From assembly GCA_022709505.1 (NCBI GenBank), contig JAKLIR010000001.1, forward strand, positions 1 through 37,064: 37,064 nucleotides of DNA, in the 5' to 3' direction. The position numbers were made by a program, and so were the translations under genes. The notes beneath the pieces were generated by a model that was not told the DNA's origin, ran no database searches, and was given only the letters and a program-made list of their open reading frames with translations. Numbering within the stretch: the first letter of the stretch is position 1; every line of letters starts with the position of its first letter. Positions 33,710-37,064 of the stretch are shown here, in pieces. Source of the stretch: a bacterium. Lineage in GTDB: Bacteria > UBP15 > UBA6099.

Positions 33710-34573
33710 ATGAAAAAAACGATCGTTGGCATTGGTCTTGCATCTTTCGCAGTGTTCTTGCTCTATGTAGGCCCGATAGCGATGGCGGTTTGGCTCTTGG
33801 TGGCGACTTTTTTCGGTCTCAAGGAATATTATGATCTTCACCGAAAAAATGGCGTTTACGCGTTACCTTGGTTAGGAATCCCCGTCGGGTGTTCCTTCAT
33901 TGTTCTCGCACTGTTGCCGATTTATATTAAAGGTAAGATATTCGGCCCGCAGAACTTCGCGCTTATGGTCACTTTCATAGTGCTGGGAACGCTCGTTTAC
34001 CAGTTTTACTTCGCTGCGAGAGGAATGAAGCCCATAAGCTCCGTGGATATAGCAGTCACGATTTTCGGCAGTTTGTACGTGGGCGGCCTTTTAAGCTACA
34101 TACTTCTGGTTTGGGATCTCGGAGTGAAGTATTTTCCGGACGACCATTTGAAAACGAATCTATGCGTCTTCATGCCGTTCTGGGCGGCTTACGGATCTGA
34201 CAGCGCCGCGTTTCTCGTAGGATCAAAATTCGGGAAGAACAAGATGTTCCCGAAAGTCAGTCCCAATAAAACGATAGAGGGAAGTATGGGCGCGATGGTT
34301 TTTTGCGTGGCCGGGATAGTAATAGTCGGCCGCATTTTGGGCTATCCGTTCCTTCCTCTTATCGGAATCGGAATCCTGTCCGGCGCGGCTGCGCAGGTGG
34401 GCGATTATTGTGAATCGGTTTTCAAGCGCGAACACGCGGTAAAGGATTCGGGCAGCACGTTCGGCTCCACCCACGGCGGTTTTCTCGATAAGATGGACAG
34501 CATAGTTTTTACGCTTCCGGTTATCTATTATTTCCTTTATTGGTTCCGCCCACCGGCCGTATCGGGAGGATAG
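33710..34573 (+). CDS. cdsA: phosphatidate cytidylyltransferase (CDP-diglyceride synthase)
   Basis: 287 aa and multi-TM. It contains SDSAAFLVGSKFGKNKMFPKVSPNKTIEGSMGA and the CdsA signature region SVFKREHAVKDSGSTFGSTHGGFLDKMDS. Confidence 0.9.
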   Translation: MKKTIVGIGLASFAVFLLYVGPIAMAVWLLVATFFGLKEYYDLHRKNGVYALPWLGIPVGCSFIVLALLPIYIKGKIFGPQNFALMVTFIVLGTLVYQFYFAARGMKPISSVDIAVTIFGSLYVGGLLSYILLVWDLGVKYFPDDHLKTNLCVFMPFWAAYGSDSAAFLVGSKFGKNKMFPKVSPNKTIEGSMGAMVFCVAGIVIVGRILGYPFLPLIGIGILSGAAAQVGDYCESVFKREHAVKDSGSTFGSTHGGFLDKMDSIVFTLPVIYYFLYWFRPPAVSGG

Positions 34574-34649
34574 AAATTTCCTTTCCGCCCGGAAGGGTGG
34601 AAGCATATCTCTTTCCGGATTTTCGCATCGAAATTTCAGAACGCGTGTT

Positions 34650-37064
34650 TCAGCGACTTTTTATAGTGAGTTTCCCCGTCAGGCGTGTGGCTTCGGACGA
34701 ACTCCCGACGAAGATGGTGAATTCGCCCGGTTCGACTATTTCCCTCATATCCTTGTCGAAGATGGTCAGATTCTTCCTCGGTTTGATTGTGAATACAACG
34801 GTTTTAGTTTCTCCGGGTTCGAGTGAGACCCGTTCGAAACCGGCGAGTCTCTTGTCATAGGTGACAACGCTCGCGACCTCGTCTCTCGTATAGAGCTGAA
34901 CCACTTCGTCTCCTTTGTATTTACCCGTGTTCGTGACCTTGCATGAGACTTTCACATCCGATTCCGCATCTGCCGAATTCGGAGAGATTTTCAGATCGCC
35001 GTACTCGAACGTCGTGTAGCTCAACCCGAATCCGAAAGGATAGAGAGCGCCGCTGGCCATCGAGTCCACGCCTTCGAGAAGTTTCTTCGCTTGCGGAAGT
35101 TGCGAGCCGTATTTGAACGGGAAATTAAAAGGGATCTGCCCGACGGTTTTCGGAAATGTTATCGGAAGCTTACCGCTGGGATTATTGAGCCCGAAGATTG
35201 TTTCGGCGATGGCCTGCCCGGCGTATTCGCTCGGGAACCACGCCTCTATTATCGCCGGAATGTATTTCTGAATGTAGTTGATTGTCAGAGGGCGGCCGTT
35301 GATGAGTACGACGATTATTGGTTTGCCGGTTTTGTATAGCGCTTCCACGAGGTCTTCCTGATTTCCGGGAAGGTTCAGCGATGTTCTCGATTTGGATTCG
35401 CCCACCGTTTTTTCGTTGTCTCCGACGGCCACGACGATGACATCGACGTCTTTCGCCGCCTCGACGGCTTTAGAGATCATGGATTTTTGTTTCTTTGCAA
35501 TCGGTTTGTCATAGAGTTCGTTTTCGGGCCAATTTGAGTCGTAATGGTCGCATCCTTGAGAATAGCGAACGTCCACGCGGTCGCCCACGAGCTGTTTGAT
35601 CCCTTTCAGCACCGTTATCACGTCTATCTCCGAAGGACCGTAACGGCTGATCATCGGACTGGTCGCATCTGCGTTCGGGCCTGTGACGAGGATGGATTTT
35701 ATCCGTGACGCGTCGAGTGGAAGCAGATCCTTGTTTTTGAGCAGCACGAGCGATTCGCGCGAGCTTTGAAGCGAAACCTTCCTATATTCCGGATTGCTGA
35801 TAATGGTGTCCGCCGCGTCCGGGTCCTTCACGTACGGTGAGTCGAACAGGCCGACTTTGAACTTGACCCGGAGGATGTCGCGCACGCGCTCGTCGAGCAC
35901 GCTCATGGGTATTTTGCCTTCGGCGACGAGTTTTCTCAGCGGGACGACATAGTTGTCCGGCGGCGTGAAGTTCGTTCTGATGTTGAGGCCGGCCATGACG
36001 GCGAGATAAACGGATTGCTTGTAATCGGCGGCTATGTGATGCTTGGCGTTGATGAACTCGACCGCGCCGCTGTCCGATACGATGTAGCCTTTAAAACCCC
36101 ATTGCTTTCTGAGGAGGTCGGTCATGAAGTAATGGCTCGCGGTGATCGGGATACCGTCGAAGTCGTTATAAGAACTCATCAATCCGAGAATGTGGGCTTC
36201 GGTCACCGCCTCTTTGAAAGGTTTGAGGAGTATTTCGTAAACTTCGTGCGGCGTAACGTGCGGATCGGTCCGGACTTCGCCGTCTCTTCCCCCCTTGGGA
36301 ACGCTGTAAACCGCGTAGTGCTTTGCAGTGGATGCGATCCCCTCGCTCTGAATGCCGAATATCATTTCCTTGCCGAGTTCGGAAGCGAGGTATGGGTCTT
36401 CGCTGTAGCATTCGACCACTCGCCCCCACCGGGGATCGCGGGCGAGATCGAGAATCGGAGAATAGACGTTCGTGTAGCCGAGTGCTTTCGCTTCCTTGCC
36501 CGTGATGCGGCCGATCTCGCCGATCAGTTTTTTGTCCCACGTACTGCCTTGCCCGATCTGCACCGGAAATGAAGTGGCCTTCGTATGGTTCAAGCCGCTT
36601 ATCCCTTCGTTGGTGAAATCGACGGGGATGCCGAGCCGCGTGTCCTCCACGAAGAATCTTTGCACCTCGTTTATCGCGCGTGCATGTTTTGAAGCGGGCC
36701 ACGAATACTGTGTCGTCGCCAATCCGTTCAAGTGTTCGTCAATGTTTCCTATGCCGTCCTTCCACAGCGAACTTTTCCATGAAGCCACCGGAAGCTCGTC
36801 TTTCGCAACTCTGCCGTATCCGTAGAGAGTCACCAATTGAACCGTTTTTTCATCGGCGTTCATCTGCCGGATAAGATCGTTGATCCTCTTTTCAATATCC
36901 GCTTTGGGATCCTCGTAAACATCTTTTTTACCGTTCTTATTAAAATCGATCCACGAGCCGTGATAGATATTATTTTGCTTGCCGGAATTGATGAAGATCG
37001 ATTGGGATCGAGCGGAGGTGGAAGTTAATAACACGAGAATCTGGCAAATGACGCATACTGATAA
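34650..37064 (-). CDS. glycoside hydrolase family 3 beta-glucosidase (BglX-like) with a C-terminal Fn3-like domain; the 5' end is probably outside the window
   Basis: GH3 blocks present include RLGIPV, DLARDPRWGR, KHYAVYS and GYIVSDSGAV (nucleophile Asp). The Fn3-like tail carries EVVQLY. The frame stays open from the ORF-track GTG at 37034 to the window end. There it reads LSVCVICQILVLLTSTSA, the hydrophobic core of a signal peptide, so the true start lies beyond 37064. Confidence 0.9.
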   Translation of the reverse strand, partial: LSVCVICQILVLLTSTSARSQSIFINSGKQNNIYHGSWIDFNKNGKKDVYEDPKADIEKRINDLIRQMNADEKTVQLVTLYGYGRVAKDELPVASWKSSLWKDGIGNIDEHLNGLATTQYSWPASKHARAINEVQRFFVEDTRLGIPVDFTNEGISGLNHTKATSFPVQIGQGSTWDKKLIGEIGRITGKEAKALGYTNVYSPILDLARDPRWGRVVECYSEDPYLASELGKEMIFGIQSEGIASTAKHYAVYSVPKGGRDGEVRTDPHVTPHEVYEILLKPFKEAVTEAHILGLMSSYNDFDGIPITASHYFMTDLLRKQWGFKGYIVSDSGAVEFINAKHHIAADYKQSVYLAVMAGLNIRTNFTPPDNYVVPLRKLVAEGKIPMSVLDERVRDILRVKFKVGLFDSPYVKDPDAADTIISNPEYRKVSLQSSRESLVLLKNKDLLPLDASRIKSILVTGPNADATSPMISRYGPSEIDVITVLKGIKQLVGDRVDVRYSQGCDHYDSNWPENELYDKPIAKKQKSMISKAVEAAKDVDVIVVAVGDNEKTVGESKSRTSLNLPGNQEDLVEALYKTGKPIIVVLINGRPLTINYIQKYIPAIIEAWFPSEYAGQAIAETIFGLNNPSGKLPITFPKTVGQIPFNFPFKYGSQLPQAKKLLEGVDSMASGALYPFGFGLSYTTFEYGDLKISPNSADAESDVKVSCKVTNTGKYKGDEVVQLYTRDEVASVVTYDKRLAGFERVSLEPGETKTVVFTIKPRKNLTIFDKDMREIVEPGEFTIFVGSSSEATRLTGKLTIKSR

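Overview
This is a bacterial chromosomal window, probably from an uncultured or poorly studied lineage, at roughly 45-50% GC by eye. I found no CRISPR array, transposase, integrase or rRNA. All calls come from reading the sequence and ORF translations only; no database search was possible, and every identity estimate is by eye.

The main finding lies at 1787-12375 on the minus strand. It holds two diverged tandem copies of a four-gene, translationally coupled cassette:
- A: a TM-GAF-class III nucleotide cyclase of 501/507 aa.
- B: a polytopic membrane protein of 283/284 aa.
- C: a polytopic membrane protein of 303/301 aa.
- D: a second TM-GAF-class III cyclase of 485/485 aa.

The two cyclases in each cassette have complementary catalytic-residue defects. 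A keeps both metal-binding Asp residues but lacks the transition-state Asn/Arg. D keeps Lys/Thr/Asn/Arg but carries Glu in place of the first metal Asp. This mirrors the C1/C2 halves of eukaryotic membrane adenylyl cyclases and predicts an obligate A-D heterodimer built together with two unknown membrane subunits. An ICMT-family methyltransferase gene sits between the two copies on the other strand.

The second notable locus is regulatory. A sensor kinase and a sigma-54 enhancer-binding response regulator are followed by two 15-bp palindromes and a near-consensus -24/-12 promoter. That promoter drives a small HEAT-like gene and a three-gene pnt transhydrogenase operon. Its PntB carries a tandem duplication of the NADP(H)-binding dIII domain.

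The remaining features are:
- Partial leuS divergent from tRNA-Leu(CAA).
- A PIG-L deacetylase and a C45/Ntn hydrolase.
- Two SAM methyltransferases and a GH4 glycosidase.
- An orphan Ser/Thr-rich FliD-like protein, a secreted protein and a small Cys4 protein.
- A frameshifted PhnD-like binding-protein gene.
- A PAP2 phosphatase, kup, cdsA and a 5'-truncated GH3 beta-glucosidase.
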